Below, piece by piece: positions 38,294 through 48,916 of a stretch of DNA of 60,019 nucleotides. The notes beneath the pieces are model-generated. The model did no database searches. It saw only the letters and a list, made by a program, of their open reading frames with translations, and had not been told where the DNA came from. Positions within the stretch are counted from its first letter, which is position 1; each line of letters starts with the position of its first letter. The position numbers and the translations under genes are program-made. This DNA comes from Patescibacteria group bacterium (lineage in GTDB: Bacteria > Patescibacteriota > Minisyncoccia > Moranbacterales > DUUL01): NCBI GenBank assembly GCA_034658815.1, contig JAYEFY010000048.1, positions 1 through 60,019 of the forward strand. The letters are read 5' to 3'.

Positions 38294-40867
38294 ATGTCGG
38301 AAGAAAATAATTTTAATTCAGGAGACAGCGTTTCTAAGGATCAAGATTCAAAAATGGATACTAACGAAGATAAAGATAAGGATAAATATAAGGAAAAAGA
38401 GAAAGAAGGCAACAATAAAAAGACCTTGATCATTCTTTCTATTTTAGCAATTTGCATAGCGCTGATTTTTGCGGGAGCCTGTTTTATGTTGTTTAAACGC
38501 GTGCCAAAAAATGACGGCAAGCAAGCAATAACTCAAGATGCGATGAATGGCGAAGGCAAAGACGACAAAATGGTTGATAACGTCGGAAAAGTATTTGGCT
38601 TAAATTTAGTCAAACCGGTTTTCGCGGAGTTTGTTGAAATGAAAGACAGCATTAAACCAAGTTTGCCGAGAATAGAAATTAAGACGCAAGAGATGGAAAA
38701 TTTGAATAACTTCAAAGAAAAAGAGAACATTGATTTTTCCAACGAACAAAAACAAGCTCTGGAAGAGTACGGATTTTTTCTGGCTGATAACGATATAATA
38801 AAAGGGCAGGAAAGCGGCACGGATGATTTTGTTGATCTGTACGATCGTTTTGACGGCAACAGCAACAAATATTATCGCCAGCCGCAAAATACGGTTTTCA
38901 TCACCAGTGACACGGCTTTGCATCTTTACCACATTTTGATCGATAGGAGCTTCCAAAGGATCGAGGAGATTAAATTCCGACCTCTTCTGCGCGCCATGAC
39001 CAAGACACTATTTTTAGACTCCATAAATCAATACAACGCTGTTACTGATCCGGCGCTGAAAGAATCCTATAAAAGATTGTCCGCTTATTACTTGATTCCG
39101 CTGGTGGTTTTGGATGCCGGCAATAGATCGGCTGCCGTTGATATAGATCTGGATGATCATGAAACGCTGGCTCAGTATATGGACGCAGTCACGCGAAAAG
39201 AGATCAAGAATAGCGCGGAGAAATTGCAGTTTTCTTTGGATAACGCAACTTACGAAGATATTAGCATAGGCGAAGAAATATACGAGCTGGCCAGCCAAGA
39301 GCTGAAACTTATCAATGACGCCAAAGGGTTGGCTCCTTCACCTCTTTTTACTCCTTTGCGTCCGGTTCTCAAGAACGATTATTCGCAGTTTGTGCCGCGC
39401 TCCCATTATACCAAAAATGATATCTTAAAGAGCTATTTTATAGCTATGATGTGGTACGGCCGCATGGGCTTTACCTTGGATAGTCCGGAACTGACTCAAG
39501 ACGCGCTGGTTGTTACCAGACAGATCAATGAATTGAAGGTTGGTGATGAAGATCTGTCCAAGCTGTGGTCGGATATGACCGCGGTGATAGATTTCTTTGT
39601 GGGTGAAGTTGATGATCTGACTGCTTATCAATATACAAAAATAATGAAAGAGATATACGGAGAAAGGGTTGCTGATGGTGAAATATCGAATGATGAATTT
39701 TTGAATAATTTTATTCAAAAAGCACTGGACGAATTGCCGCCGCCAAAGATTATTTCCGAAGCATTGGATGTTTACGATGATATAGATCGCCGAAAGGAGT
39801 TATTGGCAGAGCTGATGCAGTTTCGCTTTATGGGGCAGAGATTCACTATTGATGCCTATATCATCAATAATTTAACACAGGGAGTAGGCGAACCGGACGC
39901 GGAAACCGAGCAGAAATTACCGTCCATGCCTACGGCGTTAATGCCGATCTCTCTGCTGAAACCGGATAATAAAGTGGTAAAAACAGCTTTGGATGAATGG
40001 ATTGTCGTCCACGCGCCGGATTCGGATCGAGTGATTGCCAAGTTCTATGATAAACTGGACAATGAATTTTCTTCTTACGGTGAAGATGTCTGGACGCAGA
40101 ATATTTATTGGAGCTGGCTGTACTGTTTTAAATCTTTGATGTTTGCTTATGGGGAGGGCTATCCGTCGTTCATGACCAATGAGAATTGGCAGAAAAAGAG
40201 CTTGGGAACAGTTTTAGGATCATTTACGGAATTGAAACACGATACTTTGCTTTACGCAAAACAGTCTTACGCGGAAATGGGCAGTGGCGGTGATGAACTG
40301 CCTGAATTGCCGCCTGTTGTGAAAGGATACGTGGAGCCGGATCTGATTTTTTGGAACAGGATCATCGCTTTAGCCAAAACAACGCAAAATGGATTGAACA
40401 GCCGTGATATACTGCCGGAAGAATTTAATGACAAGTATCAAGCCTTTGTCACGGCCAGTGAATTCTTCAGACAGATTGCCGAGCAGGAACTGCAAAACCA
40501 AAAAATAAGTGATGAAGATTTTGAAAGATTAAGAACTATCAGCAGTACGTTTGAAACAATAGTTGCGCCGATAGGCGGTAAAGATCTGTCAACGAAAGAC
40601 AGAAGAGCCGGCATTATAGCGGATATTCACACGGACGCGGTAATGGGGGAAATATTATATGAAGCTACAGGCAAGCCGTATATTATTTATGTCGCGGTGA
40701 GTGATGTAAACGGCACGCGCTTAACTCGCGGTGCGGTGTTCAATCATTATGAATTTACTAATCCAATAGACGGACGATTAACTGATGAAGACTGGCAGGC
40801 GAAAGTGTATGATAATGAAAGTGATCTGCCGGAGGAAGACAAATGGAGCCGGGAAATAAAAAAATAA
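38294..40867 (+). CDS. DUF3160-like large membrane-anchored protein
   Basis: FITSDTALHLYH, DYSQFVPRSHYT, YFIAMMWYGR, RFMGQRFTIDA, LGSFTELKHDTLLYAKQ, GYVEP, IIADIHT. Confidence 0.8.
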   Translation: MSEENNFNSGDSVSKDQDSKMDTNEDKDKDKYKEKEKEGNNKKTLIILSILAICIALIFAGACFMLFKRVPKNDGKQAITQDAMNGEGKDDKMVDNVGKVFGLNLVKPVFAEFVEMKDSIKPSLPRIEIKTQEMENLNNFKEKENIDFSNEQKQALEEYGFFLADNDIIKGQESGTDDFVDLYDRFDGNSNKYYRQPQNTVFITSDTALHLYHILIDRSFQRIEEIKFRPLLRAMTKTLFLDSINQYNAVTDPALKESYKRLSAYYLIPLVVLDAGNRSAAVDIDLDDHETLAQYMDAVTRKEIKNSAEKLQFSLDNATYEDISIGEEIYELASQELKLINDAKGLAPSPLFTPLRPVLKNDYSQFVPRSHYTKNDILKSYFIAMMWYGRMGFTLDSPELTQDALVVTRQINELKVGDEDLSKLWSDMTAVIDFFVGEVDDLTAYQYTKIMKEIYGERVADGEISNDEFLNNFIQKALDELPPPKIISEALDVYDDIDRRKELLAELMQFRFMGQRFTIDAYIINNLTQGVGEPDAETEQKLPSMPTALMPISLLKPDNKVVKTALDEWIVVHAPDSDRVIAKFYDKLDNEFSSYGEDVWTQNIYWSWLYCFKSLMFAYGEGYPSFMTNENWQKKSLGTVLGSFTELKHDTLLYAKQSYAEMGSGGDELPELPPVVKGYVEPDLIFWNRIIALAKTTQNGLNSRDILPEEFNDKYQAFVTASEFFRQIAEQELQNQKISDEDFERLRTISSTFETIVAPIGGKDLSTKDRRAGIIADIHTDAVMGEILYEATGKPYIIYVAVSDVNGTRLTRGAVFNHYEFTNPIDGRLTDEDWQAKVYDNESDLPEEDKWSREIKK

Positions 40868-40868
40868 G

Positions 40869-41801
40869 ATGGCATCCGGTAAGGCAAACTTGGGAATTTT
40901 TGTATTAAGCCTGCTTGCAGCAGGCTTAATTATTTTAATTGCCGCATTTTTATTTGTTGCGAATAACAGTGCGAATAACAAGAATAACGTTACCGATCAA
41001 GCTGTCGATGCGCGATCTGAGAATTTTCATTTTGCCAAGCCGGATGAACGATCTTTCTACGAAACAGCTTACCGATTTACGGATAAAAAAATAGATCTGC
41101 AGGATCAAAATGTGATTGGCGGAATTATTCCGCATCACTTGTTAGCGGCTGATTTGATCGCTGAACTTTTTTCCAATTTTACGGGCGATTATAACACGGT
41201 GGTCTTGATCGGTCCGAACCATTTTTTTGCCGGACAAGCGGAAATTATATCATCCGCGTATGATTGGCAAACGCCATATGGCGTTTTGCAATGCGACCGA
41301 AATATTCTTGACGAGCTGCTGCAATTTGAGGAGATAAAGGTCGAAGAGGATATTTTTCAAAAGGAGCATGCCATTAACAGTGAAGTGGCTTTCATCAAAA
41401 AAACGTTTCCGCGGGCAAAATTCGTACCATTGGTTTTAAGAGCCGGTGTCGATGAAAAAAATGCCGCGGATCTGGCCAGGCGCTTGGCAAATATCGCGAA
41501 AACCCAAAAAATATTGGTGTTGAACAGCGTTGATTTTTCACATTACAAAAATAGCGCGACAGCGCAAGCGCATGACAAGATCAGTATTCAGGCAATTGAG
41601 GATTTCGATTTTCGCAAGATCTATGATCTGGACATTGATTCTCCCGCGTCCATTTATATCCTAATGAAATTTAGTGAACTAAACGGCGCAAAATTCATAT
41701 TACTGCGTAATTCCAATTCAGCCATTTTGTCCGACAAACCGGATCTAAAAAGTACCACCAGCTATGTTACGGGTTATTTCGTCGTAGGAGAAAATCATTG
41801 A
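40869..41801 (+). CDS. MEMO1/AmmeMemoRadiSam protein B-like protein with an N-terminal TM anchor
   Basis: GGIIPHH, LIGPNHF, WQTPYG, KEHAI, SVDFSHY, TTSYVTGYF. Confidence 0.85.
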   Translation: MASGKANLGIFVLSLLAAGLIILIAAFLFVANNSANNKNNVTDQAVDARSENFHFAKPDERSFYETAYRFTDKKIDLQDQNVIGGIIPHHLLAADLIAELFSNFTGDYNTVVLIGPNHFFAGQAEIISSAYDWQTPYGVLQCDRNILDELLQFEEIKVEEDIFQKEHAINSEVAFIKKTFPRAKFVPLVLRAGVDEKNAADLARRLANIAKTQKILVLNSVDFSHYKNSATAQAHDKISIQAIEDFDFRKIYDLDIDSPASIYILMKFSELNGAKFILLRNSNSAILSDKPDLKSTTSYVTGYFVVGENH

Positions 41802-42099
41802 TAAAATGGAGACTCTGCCGTGGAGGACAGGTCCGCAGCTTCTTCTCGGTACGAGTTTGCCTTTGCCTTGCTTGCTGAAGTGGAATTCTCGCCTGTTTTG
41901 TCTTGCCGATAGGCGGTAGGCAGGATTTTGCTCCGCCGAAGAAGTAAAGAATACCGCACGCTTACGCACACGAAACTTTATGTATCCAACGATCGCCTCT
42001 TTAGGCCTTAAATGAAATAATTTCATGCAATTCCTAGACTATCGGGAATTTTTTTGTTAAAGTAAACATATAAAATACTATATTTAAGCCAAAACGTAT

Positions 42100-43539
42100 A
42101 TGCTGGAACAGATACGAGACGATAAAATTAAGAAATTGGAAAACTTTAAGGCCAAAGGGATCGATCCTTATCCTTCGAGTTCATTTAGTAAAGAGGATTT
42201 GCAAAAGATTGTTAAAAAAGAAGTCGGTGAAAAAGTTATAGCCGCGGGGCGCATAATGCTTTTTCGCAACATGGGCAATATCACTTTTATGCACCTTCAA
42301 GACGGAAGCGGTCGCATGCAGATTGTCGTCAACAAAAAGGAATTTAGCGAAGACTATAAGTTTTGGATGAAAAATCTTGATGTCGGTGATTTTATCGGTG
42401 TTGAGGGCGAACGGTTTGACACTCAAAAGGGAGAAAAATCGATACTTGCCAGAAAGTTTACACTGCTCGCGAAATCAATTTTGCCGCTTCCGGATAAGCA
42501 TAAAGCTTTGCAGGATGAGGACGAAAGATTCAGGAAGCGATATCTGGATATTCTTTTTGATCCGGAAGTGAGAGATATGATAGAAAAAAAAGCTGAGTTT
42601 TGGAATGCGGTTAGAGAATTCCACGTTAAACACGGCTTCATTGAAGTTGAAACTCCTGTTTTGGAAAATACAACCGGTGGAGCTGACGCCGCTCCGTTTG
42701 TTACCCACCATGATGCGCTGGACATGGATGTTTACTTAAGAATTTCAGCCGGTGAACTTTGGCAAAAACGATTGATGGTGGCTGGATTCGAAAAGACTTT
42801 TGAAATCGGAAGAATTTTCAGAAATGAAGGAATGTCAACCGAACACTTGCAGGATTATACGCAATGTGAAGCCTATTGGGCGTATGGCGATTACAAAAAA
42901 ATGTATAAATTTTTGCGTGATTGCTGCATATATGTGGCGGAAAAGACTTTTAACACTTCAAAATTCAAAATAAGGGGATTTGAGGTGAATTTAGACAAAG
43001 ATTGGCCGCTAATAGATTACTCTGAAGAAATAAAAAAACAAATAGACATTGATGTTTGGAAAGCCAGCGATAAGGATATCATCAAAAAGTTAGAAGAACT
43101 CGGAATCGATGTTGAGATCAAAAATAGGGGAAGATCGATCGATTCTCTTTGGAAGCATTGCCGAAAAAATATTGGAGGGCCGGCTATTCTCATAAATGAG
43201 CCAAAAATAATTTCTCCATTATCGAAAACATGTCGAAACAACCCAAATGCCACGGAAAGATTTCACTTTGTTATTGCGGGATCGGAAATAGGACAGGGGT
43301 ACAGTGAGCTCAATGATCCGACTGATCAAAAAGAAAGGTTTGAAAGGCAGCAAGCTTTGCGGAACACAGGAGACAAAGAAGCGCAAATGGCCGATGACGA
43401 GTTTGTTGAGGCGTTGGAGTATGGTATGCCGCCGACTTGCGGTCACGGCTTTAGTGAAAGGTTATTCAGTTTTCTGATGGATAAGCCGGTTCGCGAATGC
43501 CAAATTTTCCCGCTCATGAAGCCTAAAAAGCAAAATTAG
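42100..43539 (+). CDS. lysS: Lysine-tRNA ligase (class II)
   Basis: AAGRIM, LQDGSGRMQ, EVETPVL, GGADAAPFVTHH, YLRISAGEL, FRNEG, YGMPPTCG. Confidence 0.96.
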   Translation: MLEQIRDDKIKKLENFKAKGIDPYPSSSFSKEDLQKIVKKEVGEKVIAAGRIMLFRNMGNITFMHLQDGSGRMQIVVNKKEFSEDYKFWMKNLDVGDFIGVEGERFDTQKGEKSILARKFTLLAKSILPLPDKHKALQDEDERFRKRYLDILFDPEVRDMIEKKAEFWNAVREFHVKHGFIEVETPVLENTTGGADAAPFVTHHDALDMDVYLRISAGELWQKRLMVAGFEKTFEIGRIFRNEGMSTEHLQDYTQCEAYWAYGDYKKMYKFLRDCCIYVAEKTFNTSKFKIRGFEVNLDKDWPLIDYSEEIKKQIDIDVWKASDKDIIKKLEELGIDVEIKNRGRSIDSLWKHCRKNIGGPAILINEPKIISPLSKTCRNNPNATERFHFVIAGSEIGQGYSELNDPTDQKERFERQQALRNTGDKEAQMADDEFVEALEYGMPPTCGHGFSERLFSFLMDKPVRECQIFPLMKPKKQN

Positions 43540-43593
43540 CGCGAAGAAAATATTTGGAATAATAAAACGTTTGTTAAATAATCATAAAAAAGC

Positions 43594-43836
43594 ATGGAAG
43601 AAACAAAAAAACAAAAGCCGGACGCAAATCCATTTGAACGTAGCACGGAACAAGTTGAACAAACGGAACGGTCTGAAGATGTTGAAAATGGCGTAACTTC
43701 AGAGGAAAAAGAGGAACCCGTCAACAGCGGAGAGGTGCTGGATGAGTTTTTAAAGCAACATAAAGCTGATTATGCAAAAGGCATTTTAAAAAAACGAGCA
43801 GAAGAAACAAAAAAAGAGGACCCAGAAAAAAACTAG
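43594..43836 (+). CDS. Small acidic hypothetical protein
   Basis: 80-aa E/K-rich ORF. Confidence 0.55.
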   Translation: MEETKKQKPDANPFERSTEQVEQTERSEDVENGVTSEEKEEPVNSGEVLDEFLKQHKADYAKGILKKRAEETKKEDPEKN

Positions 43837-43955
43837 AGTAATGGTTATAATCTTACATGTGTAGGAATCAGCAGGTGAAGCATATGAAATTGTAATTTAG
43901 GCGGGACAAATATTTTTAGCAGAAGCGATTTAAATAAAAGTAAATAAATAAAATT

Positions 43956-44723
43956 ATGCTGGTGGAACGAGATAAAATTGTTGAATATTGTTCAAAAAAA
44001 CTCAAAGTAGACGAGTTCAATGATTTATGCTGGAACGGCTTACAGATTGAAGGGACCGCTAAGGTAAACAAGATCGTCACGGCTGTCAGCTTGTCCGAAG
44101 AAGTTATCAAAGCGGCTATCAAGAAGAAAGCACAGATGATCATGGTGCATCACGGCATCACACGCTTTCATTTTGGCAATCAGCCGCGGATAAGAACATT
44201 TCTAAAAAAACGATTGAGACTTATTTTGGAGAACAACATCAATCTATGCGGATTTCATTTGCCTCTTGATGCCCATCCTGAATTTGGGAACAACGCGCAT
44301 ATCATAAAACTTCTTGGCGTAAAGCAATGGAAAATATTGGATGACGGACAATACGGTGAAATACTTTTTGTTGGCAAACTTGAAAAAAGCATGAAAAGAG
44401 ACGAGTTTATTTCTCTTGTTGACTTGTCGTTAAATACATCAACAACATCAATTCTTGCCGGACCGGAAAAAATTGAAATAATCGGCGTTGTATCAGGTGC
44501 CGGCAGTGATGATTTTAAAATTGCGTATGAAAATGAGGCAAGGACGTTTATCACTGGAGAACTTCGCGAGCACAATGTATGGGAAGCGCGTGAGATGGGA
44601 GTAAACTTAATTGGCGCCGGACATTACAATACGGAAGTTTTCGGGATCAAAAACCTTGGCAGTTTAATTGCGAAGGAATTTAACATTAAGGCGGAATTTG
44701 TGGATACTCCGTGTGAGATTTAA
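43956..44723 (+). CDS. Nif3-like dinuclear metal centre protein
   Basis: NGLQIEG, MVHHG, HLPLDAHPEFGNN, GHYNTE. Confidence 0.92.
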   Translation: MLVERDKIVEYCSKKLKVDEFNDLCWNGLQIEGTAKVNKIVTAVSLSEEVIKAAIKKKAQMIMVHHGITRFHFGNQPRIRTFLKKRLRLILENNINLCGFHLPLDAHPEFGNNAHIIKLLGVKQWKILDDGQYGEILFVGKLEKSMKRDEFISLVDLSLNTSTTSILAGPEKIEIIGVVSGAGSDDFKIAYENEARTFITGELREHNVWEAREMGVNLIGAGHYNTEVFGIKNLGSLIAKEFNIKAEFVDTPCEI

Positions 44724-44733
44724 TGCCATTGTT

Positions 44734-45303
44734 ATGAAAATTGAGTATGAAGCGACATTTGAAAATATTGATAAAAATAGCATCCGCCGCCGGCTCAGAA
44801 AAGTCGGAGCAAAATTGGTCTATCCGGAGTTTTTACAAAAACGGGATGTGTTTTCTCTTCCAAGCAAGAAAAAACATGCTTGGCTGAGAGTCAGAAAAGA
44901 AAATGGAAGAAATACCATGAGCCTCAAAATTATTGATGGGAATAAGATCGAAGATCAGCGGGAAATTTGTCTCAAAGTGGGTAATTACGATAATGCGGTG
45001 GAATTTCTCAAAATGATCGGGTGTGAGTGGAAAAGCTATCAGGAAACAAAACGTGAAATATGGAAATTGGAAGATGTTGAGATCTCAATTGACGAATGGC
45101 CGTTTCTGGAACCGTTTATTGAAATTGAAGGGAAAAGTGAGGATAAAGTGAAAAACATTTGCCAAAAGCTCGACTTGGACTACAAGAATGCTCTTTTTTG
45201 CGCAATCGGTGAGCTCTATAAAAGAAAATATGAGCTTGCTCTTGATCAGATAAACAATAAAACTCCGAAAATAACTTTTGAGATGGACAATCCATTTATT
45301 TAG
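44734..45303 (+). CDS. CYTH-domain protein (class IV adenylate cyclase-like)
   Basis: IEYEATF, WLRVR, QETKRE, IDEWPFLEPFIEIEG. Confidence 0.85.
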   Translation: MKIEYEATFENIDKNSIRRRLRKVGAKLVYPEFLQKRDVFSLPSKKKHAWLRVRKENGRNTMSLKIIDGNKIEDQREICLKVGNYDNAVEFLKMIGCEWKSYQETKREIWKLEDVEISIDEWPFLEPFIEIEGKSEDKVKNICQKLDLDYKNALFCAIGELYKRKYELALDQINNKTPKITFEMDNPFI

Positions 45304-45352
45304 ATATATACAAATATAACTTGTTAAAGTTTTTGACTATTAAAACAATATT

Positions 45353-46669
45353 ATGTTGGATATAAAATATATCGAGCTTCATAAAAAAGAAGTGAAAAAA
45401 AATTGCGAACTGCGCAACATTCAATGCGATGTGAAGCGGCTTTTAGAGCTGAACGAAAAACGCAAGCGGCTTTTGCGGAATGTTGAAAATCTCAACGCGC
45501 AAAAAAATAGTTTGAATGATGAAATAAAAAGCGTGCCAGCGAGTCAAAAACCCGATATTATTGAACGAGGAAAAATAGTTAAAGAACAGCTTAGCGAGAA
45601 AGAACCGGAATTAAAGAGAATCAAAGAGGAATTTAGAAAGCTTCTGGCACAAGTACCAAATGTTACGCATCCCGATTCTCCAGTCGGCAAGGACGAAAGT
45701 GAAAATCAAGTGATCAGAAAAAACGGCGAACCGACTAAGTTTGATTTTGAACCGAAAGATCATATGAATTTGGGCGAGGCGCTTGATATTATTGACACTA
45801 AAACGGCAGCACAAGTATCAGGATCAAGATTTAACTACATCAAAGGAGAAGCAGTGCTTTTGCAATTTGCGATCATTCAATTTACGTTTGACGTACTTAC
45901 CAATGAAAAAATTATTACTGAACTTGCAAAAAAAGTTGGTAATTCATCTGGCAAGCCCTTTACGCCGATTATTCCGCCGATGATCGTGAAAGCGGACGTT
46001 ATGGAAAAGATGGATCGTTTTGAGCCAATTGAAGATCGGTACTACTTTAAAGAAGACGATGCTTTGCTTGTGGGCAGTGCGGAACATTCTTTGGGTCCGA
46101 TGTTTATGAACACAACAATTGACGAAAAAGAATTGCCGCTGCGTTTTGTCGGATATTCAACTGCTTTTCGCCGCGAGGCCGGTACATACGGGAAAGATAC
46201 CCACGGAATTTTTCGCTGCCATCAGTTTGACAAACTGGAACTGGAAATTTTTTCAGTTCCTGAAAAGGGAGAGTCCGAGCAAGATTTGATTGTGGCTATC
46301 CAAGAATATCTTATTGAAAAGCTTAAAATTCCGTATCAGGTAGTCGCGATTTGCACTGGAGATATGGGCAAACCTGATTACCGGCAAATTGATATTGAGT
46401 GTTGGCTGGCGGGACAGAACAAATATCGTGAGACTCACACGTCTGATTATATGACTGATTTTCAAGCGCGCCGTTTAAATACTAAAGTCAAACGCACGGA
46501 TAGCTCAGTTGAACTGGTGCATATGAATGACGCGACTGCGTTCGCGATCGGAAGAATTCTCATTGCTATTATTGAAAACTATCAGCAAAAAGACGGATCA
46601 GTTCTGATTCCCGAAGCTTTGCAAAAATATATGCCCGGCGGGATAAAAAAAATTGAACGCGGAGAATAA
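45353..46669 (+). CDS. serS: Serine-tRNA ligase
   Basis: MLDIKYI, SGSRF, GSAEH, FRREAG, HQFDKLE, DIECW, HMNDATAFA. Confidence 0.96.
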   Translation: MLDIKYIELHKKEVKKNCELRNIQCDVKRLLELNEKRKRLLRNVENLNAQKNSLNDEIKSVPASQKPDIIERGKIVKEQLSEKEPELKRIKEEFRKLLAQVPNVTHPDSPVGKDESENQVIRKNGEPTKFDFEPKDHMNLGEALDIIDTKTAAQVSGSRFNYIKGEAVLLQFAIIQFTFDVLTNEKIITELAKKVGNSSGKPFTPIIPPMIVKADVMEKMDRFEPIEDRYYFKEDDALLVGSAEHSLGPMFMNTTIDEKELPLRFVGYSTAFRREAGTYGKDTHGIFRCHQFDKLELEIFSVPEKGESEQDLIVAIQEYLIEKLKIPYQVVAICTGDMGKPDYRQIDIECWLAGQNKYRETHTSDYMTDFQARRLNTKVKRTDSSVELVHMNDATAFAIGRILIAIIENYQQKDGSVLIPEALQKYMPGGIKKIERGE

Positions 46670-46681
46670 AAAGCTAAAGCT

Positions 46682-47617
46682 ATGGCAAAAATAAAGTTGG
46701 CGCTTCTTAGCGGTGGAATTTCCGATGAACGTGAAGTCTCATTGAATACCGGAAAACAGATCTTTAACGCGTTAGACAAGAAAAAATATGAGATTTTTCA
46801 GTATAATCCAAAAACAGATTTAAGAAAATTTTTTCTGGATGCGTTGAATAAAAAATTCAATATTGTCTTTCCGGCGCTTCACGGACCGTTTGGAGAAGAC
46901 GGAAAATTGCAAGGGATGCTTGATATGATCGGCGTGCCGTATGTTTTTTCCGGATGCCTCGCAAGCGCGCTGGCAATGAATAAATCCCAAACAAAAGCAA
47001 TCGCGTGGAGTGTTGGAATCAACACGGCGAATTCTGTTGTTTTGGAAAAAGCGGATAAAAATCGCTTAGACCAGTTCGGATTTCCTATAGTAATTAAACC
47101 GATTGAACTTGGTTCTTCAATTGGAATGGCGGTTGCGAAAAACAAAAAAGAGCTAAAGGATGGGATCAGCAGAGCTTTCAAATTTAGCAAAAAAGTAATG
47201 CTTGAACAATATATACAAGGGCGGGAACTTACGGTGGCAGTAATGGGAAATAGGCAGGCCAGGGCACTTCCGGTAATTGAAATTATCCCAAAAAATTCAA
47301 AGTGGTTTAATTACGGAACAAAGTATGAAATAGGCGCGACAGAAAAGATTTGCCCGGCTAAGATTTCCTTTGAAGCGCGAGACATGGTTCAAAAAATAGC
47401 GATAAAAATTTATAAAGCGCTTGGATGTGAAGATGTCGCCCGGGCTGATTTTATTTGGAATGAAAAAAGCGGGAAATTTTATTTTTTAGAGATTAACACC
47501 ATTCCCGGAATGACGGAAACATCGCTTGTTCCGCAAGCAGCCAGAACAGCTGGCATGGAATTTTCTGACTTTTTGGATAAGTTAATCAAAGGCGCGATAG
47601 AAAAAAACGAGAGATAG
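46682..47617 (+). CDS. ddl: D-alanine-D-alanine ligase
   Basis: GGISDEREVS, ALHGPFGEDG, GSSIG, EQYIQGRE, LEINTIPGMT. Confidence 0.96.
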   Translation: MAKIKLALLSGGISDEREVSLNTGKQIFNALDKKKYEIFQYNPKTDLRKFFLDALNKKFNIVFPALHGPFGEDGKLQGMLDMIGVPYVFSGCLASALAMNKSQTKAIAWSVGINTANSVVLEKADKNRLDQFGFPIVIKPIELGSSIGMAVAKNKKELKDGISRAFKFSKKVMLEQYIQGRELTVAVMGNRQARALPVIEIIPKNSKWFNYGTKYEIGATEKICPAKISFEARDMVQKIAIKIYKALGCEDVARADFIWNEKSGKFYFLEINTIPGMTETSLVPQAARTAGMEFSDFLDKLIKGAIEKNER

Positions 47618-47699
47618 AATAATATTGCATAGAATTTGAATTTTTTAGTCTGTCTTTATTTTCAAGCAATTAAAAAGATCAAAGCAACAAAAAAGTTTC

Positions 47700-47730
47700 G
47701 AGCCGTCCACATTTACGGACGGCTCTTTTT
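47700..47730. terminator. Terminator between convergent ddl and tsaD
   Basis: GAGCCGTCC...GGACGGCTC followed by TTTTT. Confidence 0.7.
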
Positions 47731-47797
47731 ATGTGCTATGTCACCAACCAAAAGAATGGTGTGCACTTCAAGAGTTAATTTAAGATTATATCAAAAA

Positions 47798-48916
47798 TTA
47801 TATTTTCTGTAATTTCATATTGGCGTCAGCTTCAAGCGTTTTCCAGTTATTGCCCAATTCCTTTAAGCGATTAGCTTTTTCGAGTGCATTATAACGGTAA
47901 AATGCCGCAACTCCGATCATTGCCGCGTTATCACCGCAATATTCAAGTTTCGGAGAAATAAAACGCACAGAATCTAATTCATTTATTGATTCTTTTAATT
48001 TTTCTATAAGTTTTTTATTGGCCGCTACTCCTCCGGCAACGAGCAATGTCAAAGGAGCGAATTGCCTAACCGCATCCATTGTTTTTGAGACAAGCACTTC
48101 GATTGCCGCTTCTTGGAAAGCATAACATATTGCTCCTTTATACAACTCCATTGTTTCAGTGCCGGTCTTTTTCTTTTTCATATCTTTCATGAAATACAGT
48201 ACGGCGGTTTTAAGTCCGGAAAAAGAAAAATTAAGGTCATTGCTTGAGATCATGGGCCGGGGAAAGCTTATTGATAAAAGTGCGTCTTTTAATTTTTTGT
48301 TCTTGATCGCGCTGATATTTTTTTCAAAATCTTGCGCTCGTTTCGAGACGATCGGGCCGCCCGGATAACCCAGATCAAGCATTTTGGACACTTTGTCAAA
48401 AGCTTCGCCTACGGCGTCATCATGCGTCTGTCCGATAATCTCATATTGGAAATGGCCTTTCATGCGGATCAATTGCGTGTGTCCTCCGGATACTATCAAA
48501 GAGATCAGTGGAAACAATTTCTTAGGATCATCATTTGTTTTTAACAAATTTGCGTAAATGTGCCCTTCAATATGGTGAATGCCAATAAGTGGTTTTTTAT
48601 GGAAGTAACTTAATGTTTTCGCGACGTTCGTACCGATAAGCAAGGCGGGGATAAGCCCCGGTCCCTGCGTAACGGTGAACAGATCAACACTGTCCAAGTT
48701 AGTCTTTCCGTGTTCCAGAGCGCTGTTTATGACCGGAATACAATTTTTTAAATGTTCGCGAGCGGCAAGACTGGGAACAACCCCGCCCCATTTTGCGTGG
48801 ATGGCTATCTGTGACGAAACAATATTGGACAAAACAGAAACCGGATGAGCTGTATCACCTTGCAGTACCGCTGCGGACGTTTCATCGCATGATGTTTCAA
48901 ACGCTAGGATCTTCAT
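47798..48916 (-). CDS. tsaD: tRNA N6-threonylcarbamoyltransferase TsaD
   Basis: ETSCDETS, HHIEGH, VSGGHT, DDAVGEAFDK, FSFSGLKT, DNAAMI. Confidence 0.96.
   Translation of the reverse strand: MKILAFETSCDETSAAVLQGDTAHPVSVLSNIVSSQIAIHAKWGGVVPSLAAREHLKNCIPVINSALEHGKTNLDSVDLFTVTQGPGLIPALLIGTNVAKTLSYFHKKPLIGIHHIEGHIYANLLKTNDDPKKLFPLISLIVSGGHTQLIRMKGHFQYEIIGQTHDDAVGEAFDKVSKMLDLGYPGGPIVSKRAQDFEKNISAIKNKKLKDALLSISFPRPMISSNDLNFSFSGLKTAVLYFMKDMKKKKTGTETMELYKGAICYAFQEAAIEVLVSKTMDAVRQFAPLTLLVAGGVAANKKLIEKLKESINELDSVRFISPKLEYCGDNAAMIGVAAFYRYNALEKANRLKELGNNWKTLEADANMKLQKI

Noticed and set aside
41802-42030. SRP RNA, tmRNA or RNase P RNA
   Set aside because: No conserved SRP loop (CAGGTCCGGAAGGAAGCAG), tRNA-like tmRNA ends or GAGGAAAGTCC motif on either strand.
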